From the NCBI GenBank assembly GCA_020161145.1, contig JAIUPQ010000009.1, positions 37,781-101,780 of the forward strand: a DNA stretch of 64,000 bases, read 5' to 3'. Below the pieces are notes generated by a model, which was not told the origin of the DNA, searched no databases, and was given only the letters and a program-made list of their open reading frames with translations. Of this stretch, positions 11,398-22,667 are shown piece by piece. Numbering within the stretch: the first letter of the stretch is position 1; each line of letters opens with the position of its first letter. Both the position numbers and the translations under genes were made by a program. Source of the DNA: Pseudomonadota bacterium. Its GTDB lineage: Bacteria > Pseudomonadota > Gammaproteobacteria > Burkholderiales > Burkholderiaceae_C.

Positions 11398-13042
11398 GCA
11401 GCCCCAGCAGCACCGCCGTCGCCACCGTCCCCGCCACCAGCGCCACCGCATACATCGGCAGGTTGGTCACCGCATTGGGAATCGGCAGCACGAACACGCC
11501 GCCGTGGGGCACGCGCAGCGCGCAGCCGGCCAGCATGGAGATGGCGCCCGCCAGCGCCGAGCCGGCCACCAGCGCCGGGATCACGCGCAGCGGGTCTTTG
11601 GCTGCGAACGGAATGGCGCCCTCGGTGATGAACGACAGGCCCAGCACGCCGGCCGCCTTGGCGCCCTCGCGTTCCTCGGGCGTGAAGCGGCGCTTGAACA
11701 GCCACGCGGCCAGTGCAATGCCCAGCGGCGGCGTCATGCCACCGGCCATCACCGCCGCCATGGGCGCGTTGACCTGGCTGGCCAGCAGGCCGGTGGAAAA
11801 CGCATAGGCCGCCTTGTTGACCGGGCCGCCCATGTCCACGGCCATCATGCCGCCCAGCAGCGCGCCCAACGCCAGCGCACTGGAGCCCTGCAGGCTCTTG
11901 AGCCATTCGGTCAGCGCCGCCAGCGCCGCCGCCACCGGCTGGCCCAGCACGTAGTACATGGCCAGGCCCACGATCAGGGTACCCAGCAGCGGCAGCAGCA
12001 AAATGGGCTTGAGCCCCTCGAAGTTGCGGCCCAGCCGGATGCGGCGGTTCAGCCACAGCACCGCATAGCCGGCAATGAAGCCCGAAACGATGCCGCCCAG
12101 AAACCCGGCGCCGATGCTGGCCGCCACCACCCCGCCGGCCATGCCCGGTGCCAGGCCAGGCCGGTCGGCAATCGAGTAGGCGATATAGCCCGACAGCACC
12201 GGCACGATGAGGGTGAAGCTGGCCTTGGCGCCGATCTGGAACAGCGTCCAGCCCAGCGTGCCCTTGTGCGCGTCCTCGTACACGTAGATGCCGCCCAGCG
12301 CAAATGCCAGCGCAATCAGCAGCCCCCCGGCGACGACGAAAGGCAGCATGAAGGACACGCCCGTCATCAGGTGTTTGTAGGGGCCTGCGCGCGCCTTCTG
12401 GGCCGGCTCGGCCGCGCTGGCCGCCGCCGCGTGCACCGTGGCCTCGACATGCGCCTTGCGGATCAATGCCTGGCCATCGTGGATGGCGGCCTTGGTGCTG
12501 GCCTTCAGCAGCCGCTTGCCGGCAAAGCGGTCGAGGTTGACCTGGGTGTCGGCGGCGATGATGACCAGATCGGCTGCCGCGATGTCCTCGGCCGTCAGCG
12601 CGTTCTGGGCCCCCACCGAACCCTGGGTTTCGACCTTGATCGCATGGCCCAGCGCGGCGGCCGCCGCGCGCAAGCCTTCTTCGGCCATGAAGGTGTGGGC
12701 AATGCCCGTGGGGCAGGAGGTGATGCCCACGATGCGCAGCGCGCCGCCGGTGGGGCCGGCGGCTGCGGGCGCCGTTGCGACCACGCCGTTCGGGTCGGCC
12801 AGCGCTGCCTCCAGCGTGGCGCTGGCCGTGGGCCCGGCAAAGCGGGTTTCGCCGTCGGCAGGGCCGACCAGCAGCACCCGCGCGGCGCGGCTCACCTCGG
12901 CGGCACTGAGCGCGTCCTGCACTCCCTGGCTGGTGTGCAGCTCGATGCGCGCCCCCGGTGCTGCCCGGCGCAGGGCGGCGGCGGCCAGATGGGCATGGGT
13001 GTCGCGCCCAGCGGCGCGGATCACGATGGTGGGATCGGACAT
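11366..13042 (-). CDS. fruA: PTS fructose transporter subunit IIBC
   Basis: ATG at 13042. It has an IIB motif ([19 protein letters not shown]) followed by a multi-helix IIC domain ([11 protein letters not shown]...). It is last in a fruB-fruK-fruA arrangement. Confidence 0.9.
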   Translation of the reverse strand: MSDPTIVIRAAGRDTHAHLAAAALRRAAPGARIELHTSQGVQDALSAAEVSRAARVLLVGPADGETRFAGPTASATLEAALADPNGVVATAPAAAGPTGGALRIVGITSCPTGIAHTFMAEEGLRAAAAALGHAIKVETQGSVGAQNALTAEDIAAADLVIIAADTQVNLDRFAGKRLLKASTKAAIHDGQALIRKAHVEATVHAAAASAAEPAQKARAGPYKHLMTGVSFMLPFVVAGGLLIALAFALGGIYVYEDAHKGTLGWTLFQIGAKASFTLIVPVLSGYIAYSIADRPGLAPGMAGGVVAASIGAGFLGGIVSGFIAGYAVLWLNRRIRLGRNFEGLKPILLLPLLGTLIVGLAMYYVLGQPVAAALAALTEWLKSLQGSSALALGALLGGMMAVDMGGPVNKAAYAFSTGLLASQVNAPMAAVMAGGMTPPLGIALAAWLFKRRFTPEEREGAKAAGVLGLSFITEGAIPFAAKDPLRVIPALVAGSALAGAISMLAGCALRVPHGGVFVLPIPNAVTNLPMYAVALVAGTVATAVLLGLLKRPQPAPPA

Positions 13043-13053
13043 GGACACCTTCC

Positions 13054-13998
13054 TCAAAGGCTGTGCAGCGTGACGTGCGCGGCCAGCGCCTGCACCTCGT
13101 CGCGCGGTGGCAGGTGCGGCCCCAGGCGGCGCAGCTTGGCGGTGGCAAAGGCCACGCCCAGGCGCAGCGCCTCGGGCCATGGCAGATCGGCATGGCGGGC
13201 GGCCACCAGGCCGGCCACCAGCGCATCGCCCGCGCCCACTGTGCTCACCGGCACCACCGGCAGCGCCTCGGCGCGCCAGGCGCCACCGGGTGCCACCAGC
13301 AGCGCGCCCTCGGCGCCCAATGAGACGGCCACCGCACCGACGCCCCGCGTGCGCAATGCCTGGGCCTCGGCCACCACGTCGGCCAGCGTCGGCAGCGCAC
13401 GGCCGGCCAGGGTTTCCAGCTCATGGCGGTTGGGCTTGATGAGGGCTGGCAGCGGCTGGCCGGGTTGCAGCGCGGCGGCCAGCGCCGCGCCGCTGGTGTC
13501 CAGCACGGCGGTGGCGCCGGTCTCGGCCAGCAGGTGCAGCAGCGGCGCGTAGCCGCCGGCTTGCAGGGCGGGCGGCAGGCTGCCGGCCGCCACCACGATG
13601 ACGCCCGGCCGCGCCAGCGGCCGCACGCGCGCCAGCAGTGCCTCCCAGGCACCGGCGGGCACGTCGAAACCGGGCAGGTTGATGTCGGTGGTGTCGCCCG
13701 TATCGGCCGCCACCAGCTTGATGTTGGTGCGCGTGCTGCCGGCCAGCCGCACGAAGTGGTCGGCCACGCCTTTGGCACCCAGCAGGGCCTCGAACGGGCC
13801 GGCATTGGCCTGGCCCAGCAGGCCGCCGGCCACCACGGGCACGCCGAAATCGGCCAGGCAGGCGGCCACGTTGACGCCTTTGCCGCCCGGTGTGGTGGCC
13901 GCTTCGCTGGCCAGGTGCACGTGGCCGGCCTGCAGCGTGGGCACGCGCACGGTCAGATCGAGCGCGGGGTTGGGGGTCAGGGTCAGCACAGGGGTCAT
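13054..13998 (-). CDS. fruK: 1-phosphofructokinase
   Basis: [17 protein letters not shown]...[18 protein letters not shown]...[13 protein letters not shown] is the PfkB-family 1-PFK pattern. The start overlaps the fruB stop. Confidence 0.9.
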   Translation of the reverse strand: MTPVLTLTPNPALDLTVRVPTLQAGHVHLASEAATTPGGKGVNVAACLADFGVPVVAGGLLGQANAGPFEALLGAKGVADHFVRLAGSTRTNIKLVAADTGDTTDINLPGFDVPAGAWEALLARVRPLARPGVIVVAAGSLPPALQAGGYAPLLHLLAETGATAVLDTSGAALAAALQPGQPLPALIKPNRHELETLAGRALPTLADVVAEAQALRTRGVGAVAVSLGAEGALLVAPGGAWRAEALPVVPVSTVGAGDALVAGLVAARHADLPWPEALRLGVAFATAKLRRLGPHLPPRDEVQALAAHVTLHSL

Positions 13999-16496
13999 GC
14001 CAGTCGCTCCGCCAGGGCGCGCACGGCGGCGGCGTCGGCGCATTGCAGGGCGTCCTGCGCCAGGCGCTGCAGGTCGGCCAGGGTGTGGCGGCGCAGCAGC
14101 GCCTTGACGCTGGCGATGTCACGCGCGCTCATCGACAACTCCTTGACGCCCAGCCCGGCCAGAATGGCCGCGCCCAGCGGCTCACCGGCCAGGCCGCCGC
14201 ACACCCCCACCCAGCACGGCGGGTGGGCGGTGGCGCCCTGCACCGTCTGCGCAATGGCGCGCAGCACGGCGGGGTGCAGCGCATCGGCCTCGGCGGCCAG
14301 CTCGGGGTGCTGGCGGTCGATGGCCAGCACGTACTGCGTCAGGTCGTTGGTGCCGACGGAGAAGAAGTCCACGTGCCGCGCCAGCTGTTCAGCCATCAGC
14401 GCGGCAGCCGGCACCTCGACCATGATGCCGATGGGCACCGGTTGGGCGCCCACCGCCAGCCGCGCCGTGTCGCAGGCGGCGCGCAGCGCCTGCACCTCGG
14501 CCAGGTGGGTGATCATGGGGAACATGATGGCCAGCGGCCCCCGGCGGCTGGCGCGGTAGATGGCGCGCAGCTGCGCGTCCAGCAGGTCGGGCCGGCGCAG
14601 CATCAGCCGGCTGCCGCGCACGCCCAGGAACGGGTTCTCCTCGTGCGGCAGGTTGAGGTAGGGCACTTGCTTGTCGCCGCCGATGTCCAGCGTGCGCACG
14701 ATCAGCAGGCGGCCGGCCAGTGCCGCCAGCATGTCCTCATAGATGGCGGCCTGCTCGTCCTCTGTGGGGGCTTGGGCGCGCTCCAGGTAGAGGAATTCGG
14801 TGCGCATCAGGCCCACGCCCTCGGCACCGGCGGCCACGGCCGTGGCCGCCTGGTCGGGGCGGTTGGCATTGGCCACCACCTCGATGCGCTGGCCGTCGCG
14901 CGTGGTGGCCAGCGTCTGTGCGGCAGCGGCTTGCTCGGCGGCGGCGGCCTGCTGGCCCGTGCGCCAGGCCTGGGCGCTGGCCAGGTCGGCGGCGGCGGGG
15001 TTGAGGTAGAGCACGCCGGCGTCGCCGTCCAGCACCGCCGTGGCGCCGTCGGCCAGCGTCAGCAGGCTGGCGCCGGTGGCCACCACGGCCGGGATGCCCA
15101 GCGTGCGGGCAATGATGGCGGTGTGCGCGTTGGGGCCGCCCTGGGCGGTGACCAGGCCCAGCACCCGCTGTGGGTCCAGCGCGGCGGTGTCGGAGGGGGT
15201 GAGATCGGTGGCGGCCAGAATCAGCGGTTCACCCAGCGGCATGGGTGCCGCCTCGGTGCGCAGCTCGGGCGCCAGATGGCCGAGCACGCGGCGGCCCACG
15301 TCGCGCAGGTCGGCGGCACGGGCGGCCAGCAAGGCGTTGTGCTGGGCCGCCAGCCGATCGGCCAGGCGGCTGGCGGCCTGATGCCAGGCCCAGTTCACGC
15401 CATGGCCTTCGGCCAGCAACTGGCCGGCCAGGGCCAGCAGTTCGGCGTCGTCCAGCAGCGTGGCCTGGGCGCGGAAGATGCCGGCTTCGGCCGCACCCAG
15501 CCGGGCCGCCGTGGTGGCGGCCAGCGCGTCCAGTTCGGCGCGGGTGGCGGTCAGCGCACGGTCCAGCGCGTCGGCGGCCTGGGGCAGGGGGGCGGGCACG
15601 TCGGGCACCTCCAGCACCGCCGGGCGCAGCACGTGCAGCCGGGCGATGGCCAGGCCGGGGCTGGCCGCCACGCCGGGCAGGGCCTGAGGCGTGCCGGCGG
15701 GCCGCCAGCCGGGGCGGTTGCGGGCGGCCTCCAGTCGCTGACGGGCGCGCTCGGCGTCGGCCTGCTCGGCGGCCAGCAGGCCGTCCATCACGCCGCGCAG
15801 CGCGGCCAGCGCCGCGTCGGCATCCGGCCCTTCGGCCGAGACGCGCAGCGCGCTGCCATGGGCCAGACCCAGTTGCAGCAGGGCGATGAGGTTTTTGGCG
15901 TCGCCCACCTCGGTGCCGCTGCGCACGCGCACGCTGGCGACGTGGCGGCGGGCGGTTTCCACCCACTGCTGGGCCGGGCGGGCATGCAGGCCGTTGGGGT
16001 AGCTCATGACCCAGTCGAAGCCCTGGGCGTAGTCGGTGGCCGGGGCCGCGGCGGCGGCCGGGGCTTGATCCAGCGCGGCCAGCAGGTCGGCCGGGTCGCG
16101 GGTGGTGTAGAGGCGCTGCAGCGTGGCGTCGTCCTGCAGCAGCCGGGTCAGGCGCCGCAGCAGCACCAGGTGCTCGTCGGACTGGGCGGCAATGGCAAAC
16201 ACCAGATGCACGCGCTCGCCGGCACGCCACTCGATGCCCTGGGGCAGTTGCAGCACGGCAATGGCGGTGCGGCGGATCAGGTGGCGGTCTTCGATCTTGC
16301 CGTGCGGGATGGCCACGCCGTGGCCCAGGCAGGTGTTGGCCACCTCCTCGCGCGCCAGCAGGCTGGGCACGTAGCCGGCCTCGATGGCGCCGGCCGCCAC
16401 CAGCAAGGCGCCGGCCTGTTCAATGGCCTCGCGCTTGGTGGCGGCGGTGGCCCCCAGGCGCACCAGCGCCGGATCGATCAGCGGGCCTGCCGTCAT
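13995..16496 (-). CDS. fruB: fructose-specific multiphosphoryl transfer protein (EIIA-HPr-Enzyme I fusion)
   Basis: ATG at 16496. It contains an EIIA(Fru/Mtl) motif (GHGVAIPHG), an HPr-like GLHARPA segment, and Enzyme I motifs ([28 protein letters not shown]). Confidence 0.9.
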   Translation of the reverse strand: MTAGPLIDPALVRLGATAATKREAIEQAGALLVAAGAIEAGYVPSLLAREEVANTCLGHGVAIPHGKIEDRHLIRRTAIAVLQLPQGIEWRAGERVHLVFAIAAQSDEHLVLLRRLTRLLQDDATLQRLYTTRDPADLLAALDQAPAAAAAPATDYAQGFDWVMSYPNGLHARPAQQWVETARRHVASVRVRSGTEVGDAKNLIALLQLGLAHGSALRVSAEGPDADAALAALRGVMDGLLAAEQADAERARQRLEAARNRPGWRPAGTPQALPGVAASPGLAIARLHVLRPAVLEVPDVPAPLPQAADALDRALTATRAELDALAATTAARLGAAEAGIFRAQATLLDDAELLALAGQLLAEGHGVNWAWHQAASRLADRLAAQHNALLAARAADLRDVGRRVLGHLAPELRTEAAPMPLGEPLILAATDLTPSDTAALDPQRVLGLVTAQGGPNAHTAIIARTLGIPAVVATGASLLTLADGATAVLDGDAGVLYLNPAAADLASAQAWRTGQQAAAAEQAAAAQTLATTRDGQRIEVVANANRPDQAATAVAAGAEGVGLMRTEFLYLERAQAPTEDEQAAIYEDMLAALAGRLLIVRTLDIGGDKQVPYLNLPHEENPFLGVRGSRLMLRRPDLLDAQLRAIYRASRRGPLAIMFPMITHLAEVQALRAACDTARLAVGAQPVPIGIMVEVPAAALMAEQLARHVDFFSVGTNDLTQYVLAIDRQHPELAAEADALHPAVLRAIAQTVQGATAHPPCWVGVCGGLAGEPLGAAILAGLGVKELSMSARDIASVKALLRRHTLADLQRLAQDALQCADAAAVRALAERLA

Positions 16497-16542
16497 CGCG
16501 GTCTCCTCCTGGACTCTAGGACGACCGAGTATGTCAGGTGAA

Positions 16543-17613
16543 TCAGGCGCGCAAGGCCATGCGACCCGGGTGAGGTTTGCGCGTGGCGCCCAGCGCATCC
16601 AGCGTGGCCAACAGCAGGTGGCGCAGGCCGTCCCAGGGGTCGCGCGGCCAGTCGGGGTGGGGCAGGCCTTTGATGAGGCCGTCGCAGATGCTGGCCATGG
16701 TCACCAGCCGGGTCAGGGCGGGGGCGGTCAGGCCGGGCAGCAGCCGCTCGTAGAGGCGCTCGCGCTCACCCCAGACGCGGGCCTGGCGCAGCGCCAGCGG
16801 CAGCGGCTGGCCGTCGTCCAGGGCCAGCCGGGCGAGGCGCAGCGCGCGCAGCTCTTCGCTCAGCCGGTAATGCAGCGGCACGAGCTGCTCGCCGGCCGCC
16901 TGCAGGGCCGTCAGCAGGTGCAGCGCGCGGGCGCTCTGGGCTTGCAGCGTGGCGTGAACCCACTGGTTCACGTCGTAGCGCGCCATGTCGCCCACGGCGG
17001 CATCGATGGCGGCCAGCGTCAGCGGGCCGGGCGGATGCGCCAGGGCCAGCTTCTGGATCTCCTGGTGGGCGGCCAGCAGGTTGCCTTCGACGCGGTCGGC
17101 AAAGAGGGCCAGCGCGGCCTCGTCGTCCACCTGCTGGCCTTGGGCGGCCAGGCGCTGGGCAATCCAGCGTGGCAGTTGGGCGCGTTCGATGGGCAAGAGG
17201 TTGACCACCACGCCCGCACGGTCCAGCGCGGTGAACCAGGCGCTTTGCTGGCCGGTGCGGTCCAGCCGGGGCAGGGTGATGAGCAGCACCACGCCTTCGG
17301 GTGGCGGCGTGACCAGCGCGCTCAGCGCGGTGCTGCCTTCTTTGCCGGGTTTGCCACCCGGGATGCGCAGCTCGATCAGCCGCTGCTCGGCAAAGAGGCC
17401 CATGCTCTGCGCGGCACCGCGCACGCCGCTCCAGTCGAAATGGGCGCCCGCCACGTGGAACACCAGCCGCTCACCACAGCCGGCGGCGCGGGCTGCAGCG
17501 CGGATGGCGTCACCGGCCTCCTGCGCCAGCAGCGGCTCGTCACCGTGCAACACATAGAGCGGGGCCATGCCGCGCGCCAGGTGGCCGGCGAGCTGGTCAG
17601 TCTTGATCTGCAT
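16543..17613 (-). CDS. holA: DNA polymerase III subunit delta
   Basis: [38 protein letters not shown] is a typical HolA N-terminus. leuS-lptE-holA synteny supports the call. Confidence 0.85.
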   Translation of the reverse strand: MQIKTDQLAGHLARGMAPLYVLHGDEPLLAQEAGDAIRAAARAAGCGERLVFHVAGAHFDWSGVRGAAQSMGLFAEQRLIELRIPGGKPGKEGSTALSALVTPPPEGVVLLITLPRLDRTGQQSAWFTALDRAGVVVNLLPIERAQLPRWIAQRLAAQGQQVDDEAALALFADRVEGNLLAAHQEIQKLALAHPPGPLTLAAIDAAVGDMARYDVNQWVHATLQAQSARALHLLTALQAAGEQLVPLHYRLSEELRALRLARLALDDGQPLPLALRQARVWGERERLYERLLPGLTAPALTRLVTMASICDGLIKGLPHPDWPRDPWDGLRHLLLATLDALGATRKPHPGRMALRA

Positions 17614-18082
17614 CCAGCGTCGCCAGCATGTGGACCACCTGGCGCGCCAGATCGGCGCGCATGGCGGTCAACAGCTGCGCCTCTTCGGTCTCTTTGGCCA
17701 GCGCGCGGGTCTCGGTGTAGCTCAGGTCGCGGGTTTGCTCCAGCAGCGTGGCGGGCAGGCGGATGCGGCCGTCGGGCGCCTCCAGCTGCAGCCGCAGCAT
17801 CAGGCGCAACCGCAGCTCGCGCACCTGGGCGGCGGCGGTGGAGGCCACCATGGTGCGCGTCACCCGGTCTTCCAGCACGCGCAACACGATCTGGGCCTGC
17901 GCCGGGGCGGCCGTCACGTGCACGGAGGTGGGCAAGGCCTGCCGCAGCGCGGCCTCCATGGGGGCGCGCGGCGCAAAGCCGATGAAGGCCAGGCGCTCGA
18001 ATGGCACGTCTTGCGGCTGGCGCAGCGCAAAACCGCAACCGGCCAAGGTCAGCAGCGTCAGGCAGGCGGCGCGGCGCTTCAT
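17597..18082 (-). CDS. lptE: LPS-assembly lipoprotein LptE
   Basis: ATG at 18082 overlaps the leuS stop region. It has a lipobox ([18 protein letters not shown]), a size of about 161 aa, and the conserved position between leuS and holA. Confidence 0.8.
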   Translation of the reverse strand: MKRRAACLTLLTLAGCGFALRQPQDVPFERLAFIGFAPRAPMEAALRQALPTSVHVTAAPAQAQIVLRVLEDRVTRTMVASTAAAQVRELRLRLMLRLQLEAPDGRIRLPATLLEQTRDLSYTETRALAKETEEAQLLTAMRADLARQVVHMLATLDADQD

Positions 18083-20766
18083 GCGACGACGTTGACCAGC
18101 CGGCCAGGGACGATGACGACTTTCTTCACCGGCCGGCCTTCGGTGAAGCGCGCCGTTTCCTCGTGCGCCAGCGCGACGGCCTCGATGGCCGCCTTGTCGG
18201 CCTCGCGCGGCACGCGCAGCGCCCCGCGCAGCTTGCCGTTGACCTGCAGCACCAGCTCGATTTCGTCCTGCACCAGGGCGGCCGGATCGACCTCGGGCCA
18301 GGGCGCGTCCAGCAGCTCGCCACCAAAGCCCAGCTCGCGCCACAGCGCATGGGTGATGTGCGGGCAGGCCGGGTAGAGCACGCGCAGCAGCAGGCCCATG
18401 CCTTCGCGCAGCACGGCGGGCGGTGCGCCGTGAGTCAACGCCGGGCCGCCCCAAGTTGACTCGCTCCCCTTGGGGGACGGGGCGGGCGCAGCCCGACCCT
18501 GGGGGCCAGGTTTCGCCGCTTCGTCCAGCGCGTTGAGCAGCTTCATGGCGCCGGAGATGACGGTGTTGTACTGCAGGCGCTCATAGTCGGCGCTGATTTG
18601 CTGCAGCACGCTGTGGAGCACGAAGCGCACCGGATGCGCGGCCTCGCCCTGAGCGGAGCGGATGGTGTCGCGGTGCTGGTGCGCAAAGCCCCAAAGCCGG
18701 CGCAGGTAGCGGTGGGCACCTTCCACGCCTGCATGTGACCAGGCCGCACTGTCTTGCGGCGGGCCGGCGAACATGCTGAACAGGCGTGCCGTGTCGGCAC
18801 CAAAGCGCTCGATGATGGTGCGCGGCTCGACGACGTTGTTCTTGCTCTTGGACATCTTCTCGATGCCGCCCAACTGCACGGGCTGGCCGTCGGCGTTGGC
18901 CGTCGCGCCCACGGGGCGGCCTTTGTCGTCGTGCTGCACCGTCACTTCCTCGGGGTAGTACCAGCGCTTTTTGCCGCTGGCGTCCTCGCGGTAGTACGAC
19001 TCGTTGAGCAGCATGCCCTGGGTGAAGAGCCGCGTGAACGGCTCGCCAAAGGCCACCAGCCCCATGTCGCGCATCACCTTGGTCCAGAAGCGCGCATACA
19101 GCAGGTGCAGCACGGCGTGCTCGATGCCGCCGATGTACTGGTCCATGGGCGACCAGTAGCGCGTGCCCTCGCCCACCATGGCGGTGTCGAGCCGAGGGTC
19201 GCAGTAGCGCATGAAATACCAGGACGAGTCCACGAAGGTGTCCATGGTGTCCGTCTCGCGCCGCGCGGCCGTGCCGCAGACGGGGCAGGTGGCGCCGGCG
19301 TGGAAGGCCTCGTGATGGACCAGCGGGTTGCCCGAGCCATCGGGAATGCAGTCTTCGGGCAGCACCACCGGCAACTGCGCATACGGCACCGGCTGCGCGC
19401 CGTGCTCAGGGCAGTGGACGATGGGGATGGGCGTGCCCCAGTAGCGCTGGCGGCTGATGCCCCAGTCGCGCAGGCGCCAGGTGGTCTTTTTCTCGGCCAG
19501 ATCACCCAGCAATGCGGCCACCTGGTCCACTGCGGCGGCGTGCGTCAGGCCGTCCAGCGGGCCGGAGTGGACGCACACGCCGCGCTGCTTGTCGGCGTAG
19601 TGCTCTTGCCAGGCGTCGGTGCTGAAGGGCAGGCCCTCCACGGCCACCACCTGCTGGATGGCAATGCCGTATTTTTTGGCAAACGCGAAATCGCGCTCGT
19701 CATGTGCCGGCACGCCCATCACCGCGCCGTCGCCATAGCCCATCAACACGTAGTTGCCGATCCAGACCTCGACGGGTTGCTGCGTGATCGGGTGGGTGAC
19801 GAAGAGGCCGGTGGCGCGGCCCTCCTTCTCCTTGGTGGCCATCTCGGCTTCGGACGTGCCGCCTTGCTTGCACTGCTCGATGAAGGGCAGCAACTCGGGC
19901 TTGAGCTCGGCCGCACGGGTGGCCAGCGGGTGCTCGGCGGCGACGGCGCAGAAGGTCACGCCCATGATGGTGTCGGCGCGGGTGGTGAAGACGTAGAGCC
20001 GCCCGCCATCGATGAGGGCGCCCTGTGCATCGGTGATCGCGTGCGGAAACGCAAAGCGCAGGCCCTGGCTGCGGCCTATCCAGTGCTCCTGCATCAGCCG
20101 CACGCGCTCGGGCCAACCGGCCAGGAAATGCGGGCTGGTCGGGTCGGCCACACCGGCCAGCAACTCCTCGGCGTACTGGGTGATCTTCAGGTAGTAGCCG
20201 GGGATCTCACGCTTTTCGATGGGCGCGCCCGAGCGCCAGCCCTTGCCGTCCACCACCTGCTCGTTGGCCAGCACCGTGTTGTCCACCGGATCCCAGTTGA
20301 CGACCTGGGTGCGGCGCTCGGCCACGCCCGCCTCCAGCATCTTCAGAAACAGCCACTGGTTCCAGTGGTAGTAGCTGGGGTCGCAGGTGGCGATCTCACG
20401 GCTCCAGTCAAAGCCCAGGCCCAGCGGCTGCATCTGGGCCTTCATGTCGGCGATGTTGTCGCGCGTCCACTGGGCCGGCGCCACCTGCTTGTCGATGGCG
20501 GCGTTCTCGGCCGGCAGGCCGAAGGCATCCCAGCCCATGGGCATCAGCACGTTGTAGCCCTTCATGCGCAACTGCCGCGCCATCATGTCGTTGATGGCGT
20601 AGTTGCGCACATGGCCCATGTGCAGCTTGCCCGAGGGGTAGGGCAGCATCGAGCAGGCGTAGAACTTGGGGCGGTTCGCTTCCTCGGTGACACGGTAGGC
20701 GTCCAGCGCCTGCCAGTGCGCCTGGGCAGCGGCTTCGACCTCTTGCGGAATGTACTTGTCGTTCAT
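18079..20766 (-). CDS. leuS: leucine--tRNA ligase
   Basis: 895 aa. It has a HIGH-type motif ([14 protein letters not shown]) and KMSKS ([10 protein letters not shown]), and is LeuS-like throughout. Confidence 0.97.
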   Translation of the reverse strand: MNDKYIPQEVEAAAQAHWQALDAYRVTEEANRPKFYACSMLPYPSGKLHMGHVRNYAINDMMARQLRMKGYNVLMPMGWDAFGLPAENAAIDKQVAPAQWTRDNIADMKAQMQPLGLGFDWSREIATCDPSYYHWNQWLFLKMLEAGVAERRTQVVNWDPVDNTVLANEQVVDGKGWRSGAPIEKREIPGYYLKITQYAEELLAGVADPTSPHFLAGWPERVRLMQEHWIGRSQGLRFAFPHAITDAQGALIDGGRLYVFTTRADTIMGVTFCAVAAEHPLATRAAELKPELLPFIEQCKQGGTSEAEMATKEKEGRATGLFVTHPITQQPVEVWIGNYVLMGYGDGAVMGVPAHDERDFAFAKKYGIAIQQVVAVEGLPFSTDAWQEHYADKQRGVCVHSGPLDGLTHAAAVDQVAALLGDLAEKKTTWRLRDWGISRQRYWGTPIPIVHCPEHGAQPVPYAQLPVVLPEDCIPDGSGNPLVHHEAFHAGATCPVCGTAARRETDTMDTFVDSSWYFMRYCDPRLDTAMVGEGTRYWSPMDQYIGGIEHAVLHLLYARFWTKVMRDMGLVAFGEPFTRLFTQGMLLNESYYREDASGKKRWYYPEEVTVQHDDKGRPVGATANADGQPVQLGGIEKMSKSKNNVVEPRTIIERFGADTARLFSMFAGPPQDSAAWSHAGVEGAHRYLRRLWGFAHQHRDTIRSAQGEAAHPVRFVLHSVLQQISADYERLQYNTVISGAMKLLNALDEAAKPGPQGRAAPAPSPKGSESTWGGPALTHGAPPAVLREGMGLLLRVLYPACPHITHALWRELGFGGELLDAPWPEVDPAALVQDEIELVLQVNGKLRGALRVPREADKAAIEAVALAHEETARFTEGRPVKKVVIVPGRLVNVVA

Positions 20767-20821
20767 CCCGCGATTTTGGCTGATGTTGCCCTACGCTCTC
20801 TGCCGGCGAACGCCGCTGGGC

Positions 20822-21310
20822 CTATCGGCGATACGGATGTGCGCGCCCCAACAAAGGCTGATTGGACCTGAACCACGCATCGGCAGTCTTCTGCCAAGGC
20901 CAGACGCCAGAAGTTGTCGGATAGATGAGTTGAACGGCCGCGTAGCGCGCGCCTTGGTAGAACCGTGTGCAGCCCAGCATGTAGTCAAGTAGCAGGTCAG
21001 GTTTGGCAGGTTCGATGTAAATGCTGAAACCCTTGAGGAAGCCGTCGTACTTTGTGCCTCGCGCGAAACGCGCGCCGTTTCGTACTTGATCGTTGTACTC
21101 GTTGACCATGCTGTGGCCAAGGTCCGGCCGAACGCCGATGACTATTGCTTCCGGTGCTCCCGAAGTGGCTTGGATGCCTACAGAGTAGGAAAACGAAGGG
21201 AGCTTCTGATCGGGATCGAAGACGTTGACGACATGGCAGCCATACGTCGCAATATCGCTTGCGACACGCAAGTCATTTTCTGCACGGCGCTGCTCAGGGG
21301 TGGTGTTCAT
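20822..21310 (-). CDS. DUF4262-domain protein
   Basis: ATG at 21310 follows an AGGAGA RBS. MNTTPEQRRAENDLRVASDIATYGCHVVNVFD...PSFSYSVGI...PEAIVIG resembles the DUF4262 family, from memory of that family. G+C is lower than in the flanks. Confidence 0.65.
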   Translation of the reverse strand: MNTTPEQRRAENDLRVASDIATYGCHVVNVFDPDQKLPSFSYSVGIQATSGAPEAIVIGVRPDLGHSMVNEYNDQVRNGARFARGTKYDGFLKGFSIYIEPAKPDLLLDYMLGCTRFYQGARYAAVQLIYPTTSGVWPWQKTADAWFRSNQPLLGRAHPYRR

Positions 21311-21391
21311 AGGGTCTCCTTCATGAGCCGGGCAATCTGCCACGAACATGAGTGTCCTCGGTGGGGGCGCGATGCAAGCAGACGGGTGGTG

Positions 21392-21841
21392 TCAGCGCGA
21401 TGACACAGCAGGCTTTCCGGCCTCCAAGATCGGCAGGCCTGCTTCTGTAGGGATATAGATCCTTTCGCCATTGCCGTCCTTCAGGCCTTCGATCCAGAGG
21501 TAGCGCAGGTAGGCTTCATTGCCTTTGAGCGACTCGCCAATGATGCGATTCGCCTCAGAGGTCGCCTTGGCTCGCTCCACCTCGGCTTGGCCTTGTGCCT
21601 TGGCCAGGGTCACCTTGGCCTGCGCCTGAAGGAGAGCGGCCTGTTCCTGCGCTCTTGCTTCCTCGATGAGGATTTGTTTTGACCACTCGGCCTCCTTCAA
21701 CCGAGCCTGCCCGGCCAACTCCTGACTGTAGACACGGTACTTTGGCCAAAGCCAAAGCGCGGCGATGGTGAAGACCAGCGCGATCGTGCCCAGAATGAGC
21801 ATTTCACCTAGGAAGACGCGGCCTTTTGAAGCGTGCTGCAT
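21392..21841 (-). CDS. membrane-anchored SPFH/band-7-like protein (short form)
   Basis: One N-terminal TM helix (LILGTIALVFTIAALWLW) is followed by an Ala/Glu/Gln-rich helical region (AQAKVTLAKAQGQAEVERAKATSEANRIIGESL...YLRYLWIEGL) resembling the prohibitin/HflC C-terminal part. The start at 21841 is chosen over 21952. Confidence 0.55.
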   Translation of the reverse strand: MQHASKGRVFLGEMLILGTIALVFTIAALWLWPKYRVYSQELAGQARLKEAEWSKQILIEEARAQEQAALLQAQAKVTLAKAQGQAEVERAKATSEANRIIGESLKGNEAYLRYLWIEGLKDGNGERIYIPTEAGLPILEAGKPAVSSR

Positions 21842-21977
21842 GGAACTTGACGGCAGGTGTGAGGACGTCCGGATTTTGAAGCAAAGCGGCTTGAGAGAGG
21901 CGAGCTGCTGACCCACAGGGATGAGGTGGCATGCCGCTGCGGCCGAACACACCTTCGCAGTTCATCTCCTCGGTGTC

Positions 21978-22206
21978 GGCGTGGCGCAGCGGCCGGGTGG
22001 CCCGTTGGCGCAGCCGAAGCGCGCAGTGGAGGATGCCCGCGCGCCGTGAGGCGCGCTTCGTGGCCTGACTCGGAGCCGTTGTTTGACCAGAGCGAGCAGG
22101 GCGAGCGACGGGAGTTCGGCGACGGGGTATCCGCAGCGAGCACTGGAGGGCACCCCCGGCTTGGCCGGGGGCAAGCCGTCGGGCCGCCCGGTCGCTGCGC
22201 CACGCC
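21978..22206. repeat. 229-bp intergenic element bounded by 27-bp imperfect inverted repeats, with internal GC-rich hairpins
   Basis: The left arm (21978-22004, GGCGTGGCGCAGCGGCCGGGTGGCCCG) and the right arm (22180-22206) are reverse complements at 25 of 27 positions by hand alignment. Internal hairpins are GAAGCGCGC (22016-22024) with GCGCGCTTC (22051-22059), and CCCCCGGC-TTG-GCCGGGGG (22153-22171). Confidence 0.6.
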
Positions 22207-22247
22207 GGCACGGCGCGGGGCACAAGCGGCGTCGGCGCCCCTGCGGC

Positions 22248-22667
22248 TTAAGGTGCCGAAGCCGCCGGCGCCGTCACGAAGGCGATGCGTGAAAGCCCGG
22301 CCTGTTGCAGCACGCCGATCAACTCGGCCACGCGGCCATAGGCCACGCCGGCGTCGGCACGCAGTTGCACCTCGGTGTCGGGTTTGGCGCGCTTGGCCAG
22401 GGCGTGCGCCTCGGCCAGTTCGGCCCGCTCGCCGCCGATGAAGAGGCGGCCTTCGGCATCCAGTGCCAGCAGCAGGGTCTCGGGGGCATCGCTGGGGCTG
22501 GCGCCTTCGGTCTGCGGCAGATCCAGCTTGAGGCTGCTGGCAATCAGCGGTGCGGTGACCATGAAGATGATGAGCAGCACCAGCATGACGTCGATCAGCG
22601 GCGTCATGTTGATGTCGCTCATGGGGCCGCGCGCGGGCTTGGCGGTGGCCAGGCGGCCGAAGCTCAC
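22248..22667 (-). CDS. exbD: ExbD/TolR-family biopolymer transport protein
   Basis: SDINMTPLIDVMLVLLIIFMVTAPL is the ExbD/TolR signature. It is coupled to the upstream exbB. Confidence 0.9.
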   Translation of the reverse strand: MSFGRLATAKPARGPMSDINMTPLIDVMLVLLIIFMVTAPLIASSLKLDLPQTEGASPSDAPETLLLALDAEGRLFIGGERAELAEAHALAKRAKPDTEVQLRADAGVAYGRVAELIGVLQQAGLSRIAFVTAPAASAP

